A stretch of DNA of 35,816 bases from Patescibacteria group bacterium (GTDB taxonomy: Bacteria; Patescibacteriota; Minisyncoccia; UBA6257; HR35), in NCBI GenBank assembly GCA_025060575.1, contig JANXBL010000003.1, forward strand, positions 1-35,816, written 5' to 3'. This document shows, in pieces, positions 26,963-35,816 of the stretch (position 1 is the stretch's first letter; every line of letters begins with the position of its first letter). Both the position numbers and the translations under genes were made by a program. The notes under the pieces were generated by a model, which saw only the letters and a list, made by a program, of their open reading frames with translations, had not been told where the DNA came from and searched no databases.

Positions 26963-28102
26963 ATGAGAAAAATCTATTTTGACTTTGCAGCTACTACGCC
27001 TGTTAGAGAGGAAGTTTTACTTGAAATGATGCCGTATTTTACTGAAAAATTCGGTAATCCATCTAGTTTGCATTGGTGGGGACAACAAGCTTTAAAAGCT
27101 GTTGATGATTGTCGAGAAATGATTATGAATTTGATTAATGCTCAATCGCCAAACGAAATAATTTTTACTTCTTCAGCTACCGAAAGCAACAATTTAGCCA
27201 TTAAAGGATTAGCTTTTTTTTATTATTTTAAAAAGGGGATCAAGCCTCATTTTCTCACCTCAACTATTGAGCATGATTCTATTTTAAAAATTTTTGATAA
27301 TTTAGAAGAATTAGGGTTAGCTAGAATTAGTTATGTTAAACCTAGAAGTGATAGCTTAATCTATTTTGAGGATATTATCAATCATATTGAAGATCAAACT
27401 AAGATGATTGTTTTACACTATGTTAATAGCGAATTAGGCACAATCCAAAGAATAAAGGAAATTGCTAACCAGGTTAAGAAAACTAAAAGTGATATTCTTT
27501 TTCATGTTGATGCTGTTCAGGCTGGTTTTGAAAATTTGGATGTTCAAAGTTTGGGAATTGATATGATGACTTTATCTTCGCATAAAATTTATGGTCCTAA
27601 GGGAGTTGCCTTGCTTTATAAAAGAAGCGATATTGAATTAGTTGATATTATTTCTGGTTCTGGGCAGGAAAATAGTTTAAGAAGTGGCACCGAGATGGTT
27701 CCATTGATTGTAGGCTTCGCTAAAGCGCTCGAATTAGCGATCTCTCAAAGAGAAAATATTAATCAGTTATTAACTGATCTAAGGGATTATTTTATCTTGA
27801 AAACCAGTAATTTTTATGATAAAATTTTTTTGAACACTAAAGTTGAAATTTCTTCTCCGAAAATTTTGAATGTTTATTTCCCAACAAGAACCGCTGATGA
27901 ATTATTGTTCTATTTGGATTCACATGGAATTGCAGTAAGCGCGGGAACAGCTTGTCAGTCAAGAGCAGCACTGCCTAGTTCGGTGATATCTCATTTATTT
28001 TCACCGGAAAGAGCAAAAAAGAGTTTGAGGGTTTCATTTGGGCTAGGAAATAAGTTTGAAGATATTGATTTTTTAGTCGAATGTTTAAACAGGATTATTT
28101 GA
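26963..28102 (+). CDS. iscS: Cysteine desulfurase (NifS/IscS group I)
   Basis: YFDFAATTP, GNPSSLH, FTSSATESNN, HVDAVQ, SSHKIYGPKG, SAGTAC. Confidence 0.9.
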   Translation: MRKIYFDFAATTPVREEVLLEMMPYFTEKFGNPSSLHWWGQQALKAVDDCREMIMNLINAQSPNEIIFTSSATESNNLAIKGLAFFYYFKKGIKPHFLTSTIEHDSILKIFDNLEELGLARISYVKPRSDSLIYFEDIINHIEDQTKMIVLHYVNSELGTIQRIKEIANQVKKTKSDILFHVDAVQAGFENLDVQSLGIDMMTLSSHKIYGPKGVALLYKRSDIELVDIISGSGQENSLRSGTEMVPLIVGFAKALELAISQRENINQLLTDLRDYFILKTSNFYDKIFLNTKVEISSPKILNVYFPTRTADELLFYLDSHGIAVSAGTACQSRAALPSSVISHLFSPERAKKSLRVSFGLGNKFEDIDFLVECLNRII

Positions 28103-28109
28103 TTCTAAG

Positions 28110-29363
28110 ATGAAAAAAATTCCTTGGCAAGTTTTTGTCTTAGGAATTGGCTTGATATTAGTCTTTTCTGATGCCAGTGGTCAAGCTTTTTTCAACAATT
28201 TATTAGATATTTTATTTGGAAGAACGAAGGTTGCTACTTCCACTAATCAGAATAATTCCAATAACTACTTTATTTCTTTACCATCAGCCATTTCTTTAGA
28301 AAATGTTGTAACTGGGATTGTTGAAAGAACATCGCCCGCGGTGGTAAGTATTGTTATTAGTAAATATGTGCCAGTAATTGAAAGATTCTATTTTAATCCT
28401 TTTGAGGACCTAGATTTGCCACCGGAATTAAAACCATTTTTCCAATTTGAGTTTCCTGCTCCTCGATCAGTCCCTAATCAAAACAGATCAGAAAAAAGAA
28501 AAGTTGGCGGAGGGACAGGTTTTATTGTTTCTCCTGATGGATTAATTGTCACTAATAAACATGTAGTCAGTGATAGAGAAGCTGAATATACAGTTTATCT
28601 TAGTAATGGTAAGAAATATACAGCTAAAGTTTTAGCTGTTCATCCAGTTGATGATTTAGCTTTGATAAAAATTAATGCTAACAATTTACCTGTTTTGAAA
28701 TTAGGTGATTCAGATAGGATAAAACTAGGCCAATTTGTTTTAGCCATTGGCAATGCTTTGGCTGAGTTTCAAAACACGGTTAGCTTTGGCGTTGTCTCTG
28801 GTCTAAAGAGATCAATCACTGCTTCTGATGAAAGTGGTAATATAGAAAGATTAGATGACCTTATTCAAACTGACGCAGCTATTAATTTTGGCAATTCCGG
28901 TGGTCCATTGATTAACTTACAAGGTGAAGTTATTGGTGTTAATACTGCCATTGCTGGTGGTGCTGAAAATATTGGTTTTGCTATTCCTGTCAACCGTGCT
29001 AAGAAAATGATTGAAGAGTTCAATCGAAAAGGCAAAATTGAAGTGCCATTTTTAGGAGTTTATTATATGCTGGTTAACGATGAGATACAGAAAAAATTTG
29101 ATTTACCAGTTAACTATGGAGCTTTTATCTACCGCGATAAGGAAAGTGCTATTGTCCCTAATTCTCCAGCAGAAAAGGCTGGTTTAAGAAATAGAGATAT
29201 AATTTTAGAGATAGATAATGAAAAAATAACACCTCAAAATAATCTCGCTCAAATAGTGAGCAGAAAAAACATTGGTCAAAGAATATCGCTTAAAGTTTTA
29301 AGGGAAAATAGAGAAATTACTCTTTATGCGGTTATCGGGTCTCTACCAGAAAATTCTCGGTAG
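28110..29363 (+). CDS. htrA: HtrA/DegP-family serine protease with one PDZ domain
   Basis: N-terminal anchor, GTGFIV, TNKHVV, DLALIK, IQTDAAINFGNSGGPL, SPAEKAGL. Confidence 0.93.
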   Translation: MKKIPWQVFVLGIGLILVFSDASGQAFFNNLLDILFGRTKVATSTNQNNSNNYFISLPSAISLENVVTGIVERTSPAVVSIVISKYVPVIERFYFNPFEDLDLPPELKPFFQFEFPAPRSVPNQNRSEKRKVGGGTGFIVSPDGLIVTNKHVVSDREAEYTVYLSNGKKYTAKVLAVHPVDDLALIKINANNLPVLKLGDSDRIKLGQFVLAIGNALAEFQNTVSFGVVSGLKRSITASDESGNIERLDDLIQTDAAINFGNSGGPLINLQGEVIGVNTAIAGGAENIGFAIPVNRAKKMIEEFNRKGKIEVPFLGVYYMLVNDEIQKKFDLPVNYGAFIYRDKESAIVPNSPAEKAGLRNRDIILEIDNEKITPQNNLAQIVSRKNIGQRISLKVLRENREITLYAVIGSLPENSR

Positions 29364-29907
29364 TTATTATTCCTAAGTCAATTAAAAATTTTTCATAGCT
29401 ATTAAAAACAATATTAAACTCTTCGTCCTTTAGATCAACATCGTCTCCCTTATTAATTTTTTCTTTTATTAAATTAACAATTTTAATAGATTTCTTAAGA
29501 TCCTCTTTATTTTTGGCAACATCATCAGGAATTTTATCGACTTTTTCCTCTAAAGTATATTCACCATAACCAAACATATCTACTATTGAATTAACGAATT
29601 TGTCTATTTCAATTAAACCTCTTATTTTATCATTAATAAATATAGCCTTAATTCTTTTAAAGTTTTTCTCCTGATTCTTAATAAACTTAAAGTCTTTTCT
29701 CGATTTAAGAAATGATTGCCAATAATCAATTTCATCTTGATTTACCAATTCAAATTTTATCCACCAAATTATCATAAGGGAGGTAAGGATAAGGGATGTT
29801 AGATAAACGGATAATTTGGCAAGACCTAATCCAGTAGGAATAATAAAATTTAGAATAGTTTCAAAAAATAAGAAAACTTTTCCTACGGTTAATTCAATAA
29901 TTTCCAT
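29332..29907 (-). CDS. Hypothetical membrane-anchored helical protein
   Basis: 191-aa ORF overlapping the gatA end; hydrophobic N-terminus. Confidence 0.7.
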   Translation of the reverse strand: MEIIELTVGKVFLFFETILNFIIPTGLGLAKLSVYLTSLILTSLMIIWWIKFELVNQDEIDYWQSFLKSRKDFKFIKNQEKNFKRIKAIFINDKIRGLIEIDKFVNSIVDMFGYGEYTLEEKVDKIPDDVAKNKEDLKKSIKIVNLIKEKINKGDDVDLKDEEFNIVFNSYEKFLIDLGIITTENFLVETR

Positions 29908-31276
29908 TAGTGTTTTTTATAAAAGAGAAAATAGCTTTTTCTTCAAAGAGATTGCCAATAATTTGAGCACCTACAGGTAAATTATTGACGAACCCAATTG
30001 GAAAGCTAAGCGCAGGAAGGTAAGCTAAATTTACGGGTACAGTATAGATATCAGCCAAGTACATTGATAATGGATCGGTCATTTTTTCTCCTATTTTAAA
30101 TGGCAAGGTAGGAGAGGTGGGCATAAGAATTAGGTCAACTGAACGAAAAGCCTTTTGGAAATCCTCAAAAATAAATTTTCTAGTTTTTAAAGCTTTGAGG
30201 TAATAAGCCTCATAATAGCCATGGGAAAGAACAAAAGTTCCTAACAGTATTCTTCTTTTAACTTCCTTGCCAAAACCTTTTTCTCTGGTTAATAGATATG
30301 TTTGTAAAAGTTCTTCATCTTTTATTGATAATCCATAACGAATACCGTCATATCTTGCTAAGTTGGAACTTACTTCAGCTGTCATGATTAAATAATAAGT
30401 TGGCAAAGAATAGGGCAATGATGGTAATGAAATTTTTTTGATTTTAAAATTTTGACTAATTTTTTCAATAAACTTTTCAAGGCACTCTTTAACACCACTT
30501 TCTAAGCCAAGACTATATACCTCCTCCGGTACTCCAATTATTTTAATTTCCTTCGTAATTTCCTTATAAACTTGAGAAGTGCTATCAAACTTATCTTTTC
30601 CTCTGATAATAGTAAAAACAGTTATTAAGTCATCCAAGTATCTAGAAAAAACTCCTATCTGATCAAGAGAAGAAGCCATAGCTATCAGGCCATATCTGGA
30701 AACAGCAGAGTAGGTTGGTTTTAAACCATAAACTCCACAAAAACTAGCTGGTTGTCTAATTGAACCACCAGTATCAGAACCTAATGCTATTGGGATAATT
30801 CCTGCTCCTACCACTGCTGCTGATCCACCTGATGAGCCACCAGGCACTCTTTCCGGGTCAAAGGGGTTAAAAGTTGGATGATAGGCTGAGTTTTCAGTGG
30901 ATGAGCCCATAGCAAATTCATCTAGGTTTGTTTTGCCCACAATGACTGCACCAGCCTCTTTTAATTTTTTGATTACAGTAGCATCATAAGGGGCAATGTA
31001 ATTTTCTAGTATTTTTGATCCAGCAGTACATCTTTCTCCCTTGACCAAAATATTATCTTTAATAGCAATGGGTATACCCCAAAGAGGTAAATTTTTATCT
31101 TTGTTCTTTAACTCATCTAATGTTTTCTCTATTAGTTTTTCTGTTAAAAATAAGAAACCCTTAACCTTTTCATCTTCTTTCTTGATAAATTCAAGATAGT
31201 GATGATAAAAATCTTCCAGTCCTATTTCATCTATTAATTTTCTTAGTTCATCAATCGATAAATTTTTAAAATTCAT
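29894..31276 (-). CDS. gatA: Asp/Glu-tRNA amidotransferase subunit A
   Basis: AIKDNI, GKTNLDEFAMGSSTENS, PGGSSGGSAA, GSDTGGSIRQPA, SSNLARYDG, EVKRRILLG. Confidence 0.96.
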   Translation of the reverse strand: MNFKNLSIDELRKLIDEIGLEDFYHHYLEFIKKEDEKVKGFLFLTEKLIEKTLDELKNKDKNLPLWGIPIAIKDNILVKGERCTAGSKILENYIAPYDATVIKKLKEAGAVIVGKTNLDEFAMGSSTENSAYHPTFNPFDPERVPGGSSGGSAAVVGAGIIPIALGSDTGGSIRQPASFCGVYGLKPTYSAVSRYGLIAMASSLDQIGVFSRYLDDLITVFTIIRGKDKFDSTSQVYKEITKEIKIIGVPEEVYSLGLESGVKECLEKFIEKISQNFKIKKISLPSLPYSLPTYYLIMTAEVSSNLARYDGIRYGLSIKDEELLQTYLLTREKGFGKEVKRRILLGTFVLSHGYYEAYYLKALKTRKFIFEDFQKAFRSVDLILMPTSPTLPFKIGEKMTDPLSMYLADIYTVPVNLAYLPALSFPIGFVNNLPVGAQIIGNLFEEKAIFSFIKNTNGNY

Positions 31277-32196
31277 CTGATGGTATTTAAATACTTTACT
31301 ACTTCAAGGGAGGCAATGATTCCTTGTCCAACAGCGACTCCGATTTGTTTATGTGGTATATTGGTTACATCTCCAGCGGCAAAGACGCCAGGAATTGATG
31401 TTTGGCATAGTTGATTAACTATAATCTCGCCGTATTCATTCTTTATGTTCCAAGCGTCAGGAACAAATTCTGAATTGGGTTTAAGCCCGATATGAATAAA
31501 AATTCCATCAACTGCTAAATTTTTTACTTCACCTGTCATTTTATCTAAATATTTTAAACCACTAACTTTTTGATCGCCATAGATTTCCTGAGTAAGAGCA
31601 TTATAGATTATTTCCACATTCTCTTTTGATTTTAATTCTTCAATTAAGACTTTATCTCCCTTCATTTCTGGGTTCTTATTAATGATATAAACCTTTTGGC
31701 AAATTCTTGAGCCCATAATTCCACCTTCATTAGCAGAGTTTCCCCCTCCTATAATGGCAACAATTTTATTTTTAAATAATGGCAAATCGCAGACAGAGCA
31801 ATAGCTCAATCCTTTATGGTAAAATTTATCTTCTCCTGGTATGTTAAGCTTTTTAGGACTAGATCCCGTTGCGATGATGATCGTTTTAGCTTCGTATGTA
31901 TTTTTATTTGTTTTGATGATAAAACCGTTTGGCTTTTTAATCTCAAGAGATAGGACCTCTTCTATTATTGGCTTTATTTGGTATTTTTCCATATGTTCCC
32001 TAAATTTTTTGGCTAATTCCACTCCATTAGTTTCGGGAAATCCAGGATAATTTTCGACAATTCCCGACAATGCCATCTCACCACCAATATCTTTGGCAAT
32101 AATCGAAAATTCTATTCCTTGCCTTTTTAGATAGATAGAGGCAGAAATTCCTCCAGCCGAAGCACCAATTATGATCGAATCGTAGACATTGCTCAT
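31273..32196 (-). CDS. trxB: Thioredoxin reductase (TrxB/AhpF-like)
   Basis: FAD motif, ENYPG, YCSVCD, IGGGNSA, VFAAGDVT. Confidence 0.9.
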   Translation of the reverse strand: MSNVYDSIIIGASAGGISASIYLKRQGIEFSIIAKDIGGEMALSGIVENYPGFPETNGVELAKKFREHMEKYQIKPIIEEVLSLEIKKPNGFIIKTNKNTYEAKTIIIATGSSPKKLNIPGEDKFYHKGLSYCSVCDLPLFKNKIVAIIGGGNSANEGGIMGSRICQKVYIINKNPEMKGDKVLIEELKSKENVEIIYNALTQEIYGDQKVSGLKYLDKMTGEVKNLAVDGIFIHIGLKPNSEFVPDAWNIKNEYGEIIVNQLCQTSIPGVFAAGDVTNIPHKQIGVAVGQGIIASLEVVKYLNTIR

Positions 32197-32243
32197 TTTA
32201 CTAAATAAAATAAAAATTACATTAGAAAATATTTATTCTTTGC

Positions 32244-32474
32244 TTATGATAGAGCTGAAGATATTTCGTCAGGAGAGAATCCTACGATTATTTTTCCCTC
32301 AATATCAATAACAGGCACTCCATACTGGCCTGATTTTTCTACCATTTCATTTGCCCATTCTTCATTAGTTTCAACATTTCTCTCTTCATATTCATATCCC
32401 TGACTTTTAAGAAATTCCTTTGCTGCTTGACACCAGGGACAATAGGTTGTTGTATAGATAATTATTTTTTTCAT
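32244..32474 (-). CDS. Glutaredoxin-like (NrdH/YruB-type) redoxin
   Basis: CPWC active site, SGQYGVPVI, IVGF. Confidence 0.9.
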   Translation of the reverse strand: MKKIIIYTTTYCPWCQAAKEFLKSQGYEYEERNVETNEEWANEMVEKSGQYGVPVIDIEGKIIVGFSPDEISSALS

Positions 32475-33145
32475 TGCTGTTGAAGTTTTTCAATCCCCGA
32501 CAAGAGACAATTTTCGTCAATACCTACCACCTGAAAAGCCATGTTATCCTTTTGAATAAAAAAATTTGGTGTTCCTCCGAGGTTCAAGCTAAGAGAATAA
32601 TTCATGTCATTTTTAATGTCTTGATTATATCTATTCTCATCAACGCAAGCATCAAAGTTTTTTGTGTCCAGATTCAATGTTTGAGCAATTTCTGTCCAGA
32701 TTTCCTTTCGAGTAGTATTTTTACCTGCTAATAATTCTTCGAATATCTTCTTATTAAATTCCCAAAATCTTCCTTGTTCATTAGCACACCTGGCTGCATT
32801 AGCAATTGGTTCAGCTTCTGGGTGAACCGAAAAATCACGATAATAAAGAGCGACTTGTCCATCTCGCACTAGCGGTTCTATCTTAGGATAAAACTCAATC
32901 GCTGCTTTAGCACAGAAGGGACATAGATAGTCCGAAAATTCAACTATTTTAATAGGTGCATTAGGATTTCCATAGGGCGGTAAATTGCCAAGCTCAACAG
33001 GTGTTGTTGGTTTAAGGTTATTTTGACAAGATGAAACTTCTCTCTTTTGGACTTTACCACCTAGAAAATAAAGAGAGATTGACAAAGCTAAAATTACTAA
33101 AATGATAATTATCAAACCTAAATTTTTCTTAATGTGTGTTAACAT
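32471..33145 (-). CDS. Membrane-anchored DsbA-family thiol-disulfide oxidoreductase
   Basis: N-terminal TM, GNPNAPIKIVEFSDYLCPFC, AARCANEQGRFW, GTP cis-Pro loop. Confidence 0.9.
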   Translation of the reverse strand: MLTHIKKNLGLIIIILVILALSISLYFLGGKVQKREVSSCQNNLKPTTPVELGNLPPYGNPNAPIKIVEFSDYLCPFCAKAAIEFYPKIEPLVRDGQVALYYRDFSVHPEAEPIANAARCANEQGRFWEFNKKIFEELLAGKNTTRKEIWTEIAQTLNLDTKNFDACVDENRYNQDIKNDMNYSLSLNLGGTPNFFIQKDNMAFQVVGIDENCLLSGIEKLQQQ

Positions 33146-33223
33146 TAAATTAGACTAATCATTTAATTAACGACTTTTAAAATTATAACATAGTTATAAA
33201 GATTTATAAGCTATTAAAAGTTT

Positions 33224-33664
33224 ATGACTAACGGTAATAATCCTCTTTTTTGGATATTGGCTGTTGTTCTAATTCTAATTAATATCTTTGCTGACATAGT
33301 AGAATTAGTGGCTAATCTAATAAGTCTTACCGTGGTAGGCTCTTTTGTTTTGTTTATAAGTTCAATTATTGGAGGGTCAATTAGCTTTATGACTTCTTTA
33401 CTTTTGATTGTTATGGGAGGAATTGATTATACATCGATTGCTAAAAAAATAGCGATTTACTTGGTTAGTTTTTTAGCCGAACTTATTCCCGGTATTAGTT
33501 TTTTGCCCCTAAGAACTATTTCTGTTTTTATTGTGATTATGATGATGGTTGCTGAAGCTAGAGCCCAAAGGTTTGTTCAAGAACAAGGAGAAAAAAGTGA
33601 AGAAGGTAATGAACAAACAGAATCATCTCAGGATACGAACTTAGTCGAAAATCAGAACCAATAA
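33224..33664 (+). CDS. Hypothetical membrane protein (3-4 TM, ELIPGISFLP motif, acidic tail)
   Basis: 146-aa hydrophobic ORF with ATG. Confidence 0.7.
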   Translation: MTNGNNPLFWILAVVLILINIFADIVELVANLISLTVVGSFVLFISSIIGGSISFMTSLLLIVMGGIDYTSIAKKIAIYLVSFLAELIPGISFLPLRTISVFIVIMMMVAEARAQRFVQEQGEKSEEGNEQTESSQDTNLVENQNQ

Positions 33665-33825
33665 GAAAAAAGCAGTTTAGCCAAATTTTTGTTTTTAAAA
33701 GTTTTTATTCATAAGGCTTTAAATAGTGACTAAACATTGATCTAATAGAATTTAAGTTGGGTTATAATTAAAACAGCTAAAGTTTAAGGAAGGTTACTTT
33801 AGTTAATTACTTAGAATAAAAGTTT

Positions 33826-35816
33826 ATGACATTTAATAAAAATATTTTCGTTTTCTTAATTATCTTGTGTGCTTTTTTTAATTTTTCTTATGCTCAAACA
33901 ACTCCACCTTCTCCTGGTCAAGTTTCTAACTTAGTTATTTCTGACATCACTACTTCCTCCTTAAAACTTTCTTGGCATCCATCAACTAACACTGACTACT
34001 ATAAAATTCAAAGAGATTATACTCCTAACATTGCCTCAACCACAGAAACATCATTTATTGACACTGGTCTTTTCCCTTGTACTAAATATATGTATGTCAT
34101 TGAATCAGTCAATAGATACTATGGCAATGAAAACAGATATGTTTCTCGAGGAACCTATAGTGGGACAGCCTCTGCCACTACCCAGTGTTTAGACTATTAT
34201 GACTTTCATCTTGGTTTTGATGGTCCTCAGACTGTTGTTCAAGGAAATAATCTTTATCTTAGAGTAGTTGTTCATATTTTTTATCCTTCTAATCCTAACA
34301 ATATCTACTTTCGAGTAGTTAATCAATTACCTTCTGGTGTTTCTGTTTCTTTTCCTGATATTTCCTCTGGGCCAAATGATAGATTTTGTAATAATCCAGA
34401 TTTAGGTTGTCAGTGGTGGCGACCAAGTGGAAAAGCAGTAACTACCATTAAAATTACCACTTCCTCTTCTACTCCTTTAGGTATTTTTACTGTCAGAGTT
34501 CAAGCAAAAGCAAGGCATTTTACAGCTGTTCCTCCTGATATTGCTGTTCGTTATGTTGATATTCCCATTAATGTTTTACCTCAACCACAACCTCTTCCTA
34601 AAAAAGAATTCAAACAATTACCACCTTTACCAGAGAAATCAAGATGGGAAAGTAATATGGTAAATTTTGGATCTTTACATTGCGAAGATAAAAATCTTTA
34701 TCGTTGGCATTGTTGTGGTTGGGAAGGCGGTGTTTGGTATTATGATGGTATGAGAGTTTATTATAACATTACTGACTATACTCAAGACCCCAAATGGATA
34801 ACTTGCGCTTCATACTTTAAATACATTCCTAATGCATCTTACACTCCTTATCGCCAAGTGGTGTTAGAAAAAAATGGGAGAATTCATGGTTGGCGAGTAT
34901 TTACTGAAGGATTAACAAGAGACTATTTTAGATTTGGAGATATCCTTTCCAGACAAGCAGTGATTTTACTATCTCAAAATAGTGGCTATGCCAATGTTTT
35001 CAGAGGTCAAAGAATTTGGGACATTATCTCTCCTCTTAGACAAAGAGAAGTTGCCTATGCCATTATGGCTCATCTTGATGCCGAAAAATTAGGTATGCCA
35101 GAACATCCTGAATTGAGAGAATATGTTAACGTTGCTCTTGGTCATCTTGATCAGCTTTTTAACTTTACTAGTCCACCCTATAATTATCAATATCCTTACC
35201 CCTATACTCAACCATTCTATGTTGCTCTTGCTTCTGAAGCTCTAATCAGATACTACGAAGAAAAAGAACAGGATCCCAGAATACCTGTTGCTATCAAACA
35301 AGCTTATGAATGGATATGGGAATACATGAGAGGAAATGTAAGAACAGGAATGACCATTTCTTATAGTGACAAAAAAGATCCTCATGAAGGTGGCGGTCCT
35401 AATTTATCTGATGGTTTAGTTGATCTCAATCTTCTTAATTTGCCTCCTCTTGGTTGGCTCTATACTTTAACAGGAGACGAAAAATATATCGAATGGTCAG
35501 ATCTTTTATGGTCAGCAGGAGTAAAAGGAGCATGGCTATCAAATGGTAAACAATTTAGTCAAAATTATCGTTGGTCATTTAAATATCTAGAGTGGAGAGA
35601 CGGAATTAAACTTAATCCCTATGTTCCTCCTTCAGCCAATTTCCTAAATCCTACTAACTATCATCAATATCTTAAAATCTCACTCTTTTCAGACAATTAC
35701 TCTCCTCAACCAGGAGATATTATTACTTATCGTGCTGTTCTCAGAAATATTTCCACTACTACTCTTGTCAGAACAAGATTTTCCTTTCCTCTAACTACCT
35801 TGATCAATCAAAATCA
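33826..35816 (+). CDS. Large secreted multidomain protein, truncated by the window end: FN3, Ig-like, helical (six-hairpin glycosidase-like?) domain and DUF11-like start
   Basis: Hand translation from ATG 33826 is open to the end (>660 codons): MTFNKNIFVFLIILCAFFNFSYA|QT, LKLSW..YYKI..FIDTGL.PCTKY.Y, WYYDG, REVAYAI, DLNLLNLPPLGWLYTLTGDEKY, KQFSQNYRWSF, PQPGDIITYR. Absent from the ORF track because no stop is in the window. Confidence 0.85.
   Translation, partial: MTFNKNIFVFLIILCAFFNFSYAQTTPPSPGQVSNLVISDITTSSLKLSWHPSTNTDYYKIQRDYTPNIASTTETSFIDTGLFPCTKYMYVIESVNRYYGNENRYVSRGTYSGTASATTQCLDYYDFHLGFDGPQTVVQGNNLYLRVVVHIFYPSNPNNIYFRVVNQLPSGVSVSFPDISSGPNDRFCNNPDLGCQWWRPSGKAVTTIKITTSSSTPLGIFTVRVQAKARHFTAVPPDIAVRYVDIPINVLPQPQPLPKKEFKQLPPLPEKSRWESNMVNFGSLHCEDKNLYRWHCCGWEGGVWYYDGMRVYYNITDYTQDPKWITCASYFKYIPNASYTPYRQVVLEKNGRIHGWRVFTEGLTRDYFRFGDILSRQAVILLSQNSGYANVFRGQRIWDIISPLRQREVAYAIMAHLDAEKLGMPEHPELREYVNVALGHLDQLFNFTSPPYNYQYPYPYTQPFYVALASEALIRYYEEKEQDPRIPVAIKQAYEWIWEYMRGNVRTGMTISYSDKKDPHEGGGPNLSDGLVDLNLLNLPPLGWLYTLTGDEKYIEWSDLLWSAGVKGAWLSNGKQFSQNYRWSFKYLEWRDGIKLNPYVPPSANFLNPTNYHQYLKISLFSDNYSPQPGDIITYRAVLRNISTTTLVRTRFSFPLTTLINQN

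Noticed and set aside
2770-32731. Short ORFs nested in or antisense to confident genes (e.g. 2770-2970, 3733-3951, 4259-4504, 7623-7853, 9346-9588, 19288-19575, 32474-32731)
   Set aside because: They overlap well-supported genes, show no motifs, and look like shadow ORFs.
1-35816. Alternative genetic code (TGA=Gly) or CRISPR array
   Set aside because: Full-length genes such as recG, rpsO, infC and trxB end at TGA. No regularly spaced repeat-spacer array was seen.

Overview
AT-rich bacterial chromosomal segment read with the standard code (TGA is a stop). Gene content and style point to a Patescibacteria/CPR (Parcubacteria-like) genome, which is an inference. The window is mostly housekeeping and envelope genes: tRNA-Arg(UCG), FemAB-like transferase, DegT-family aminotransferase, membrane-anchored MurF, alpha/beta hydrolase, RecG, a PG-binding S-layer-like protein, a lamin-tail-like secreted protein, tRNA-Gly(UCC), an O-antigen-ligase/O-OTase-like protein, class II RNR NrdJ, a Xer recombinase, rpsO-NYN-pnp, a mucin-like membrane protein, DksA/TraR, TsaD, infC-rpmI (no rplT), LOG, MgtC, a permease, a pilin-LamG fusion, cysteine desulfurase, DegP, GatA, TrxB/Grx/DsbA and a truncated secreted FN3/six-hairpin-like protein missing from the ORF track. 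No CRISPR, transposase, reverse transcriptase or prophage was seen. The best leads are: (1) an unannotated ~180-nt, 56% GC structured RNA with its own promoter and terminator at 1263-1447; (2) a self-contained orphan cassette at 2664-3038; (3) a triple AAGGTC leader motif and hairpin ahead of the S-layer-like gene; (4) a possible protein O-glycosylation system (O-OTase-like gene plus recurring A-T/S-T/S-T motifs in exported proteins); (5) a NYN nuclease coupled between rpsO and pnp.
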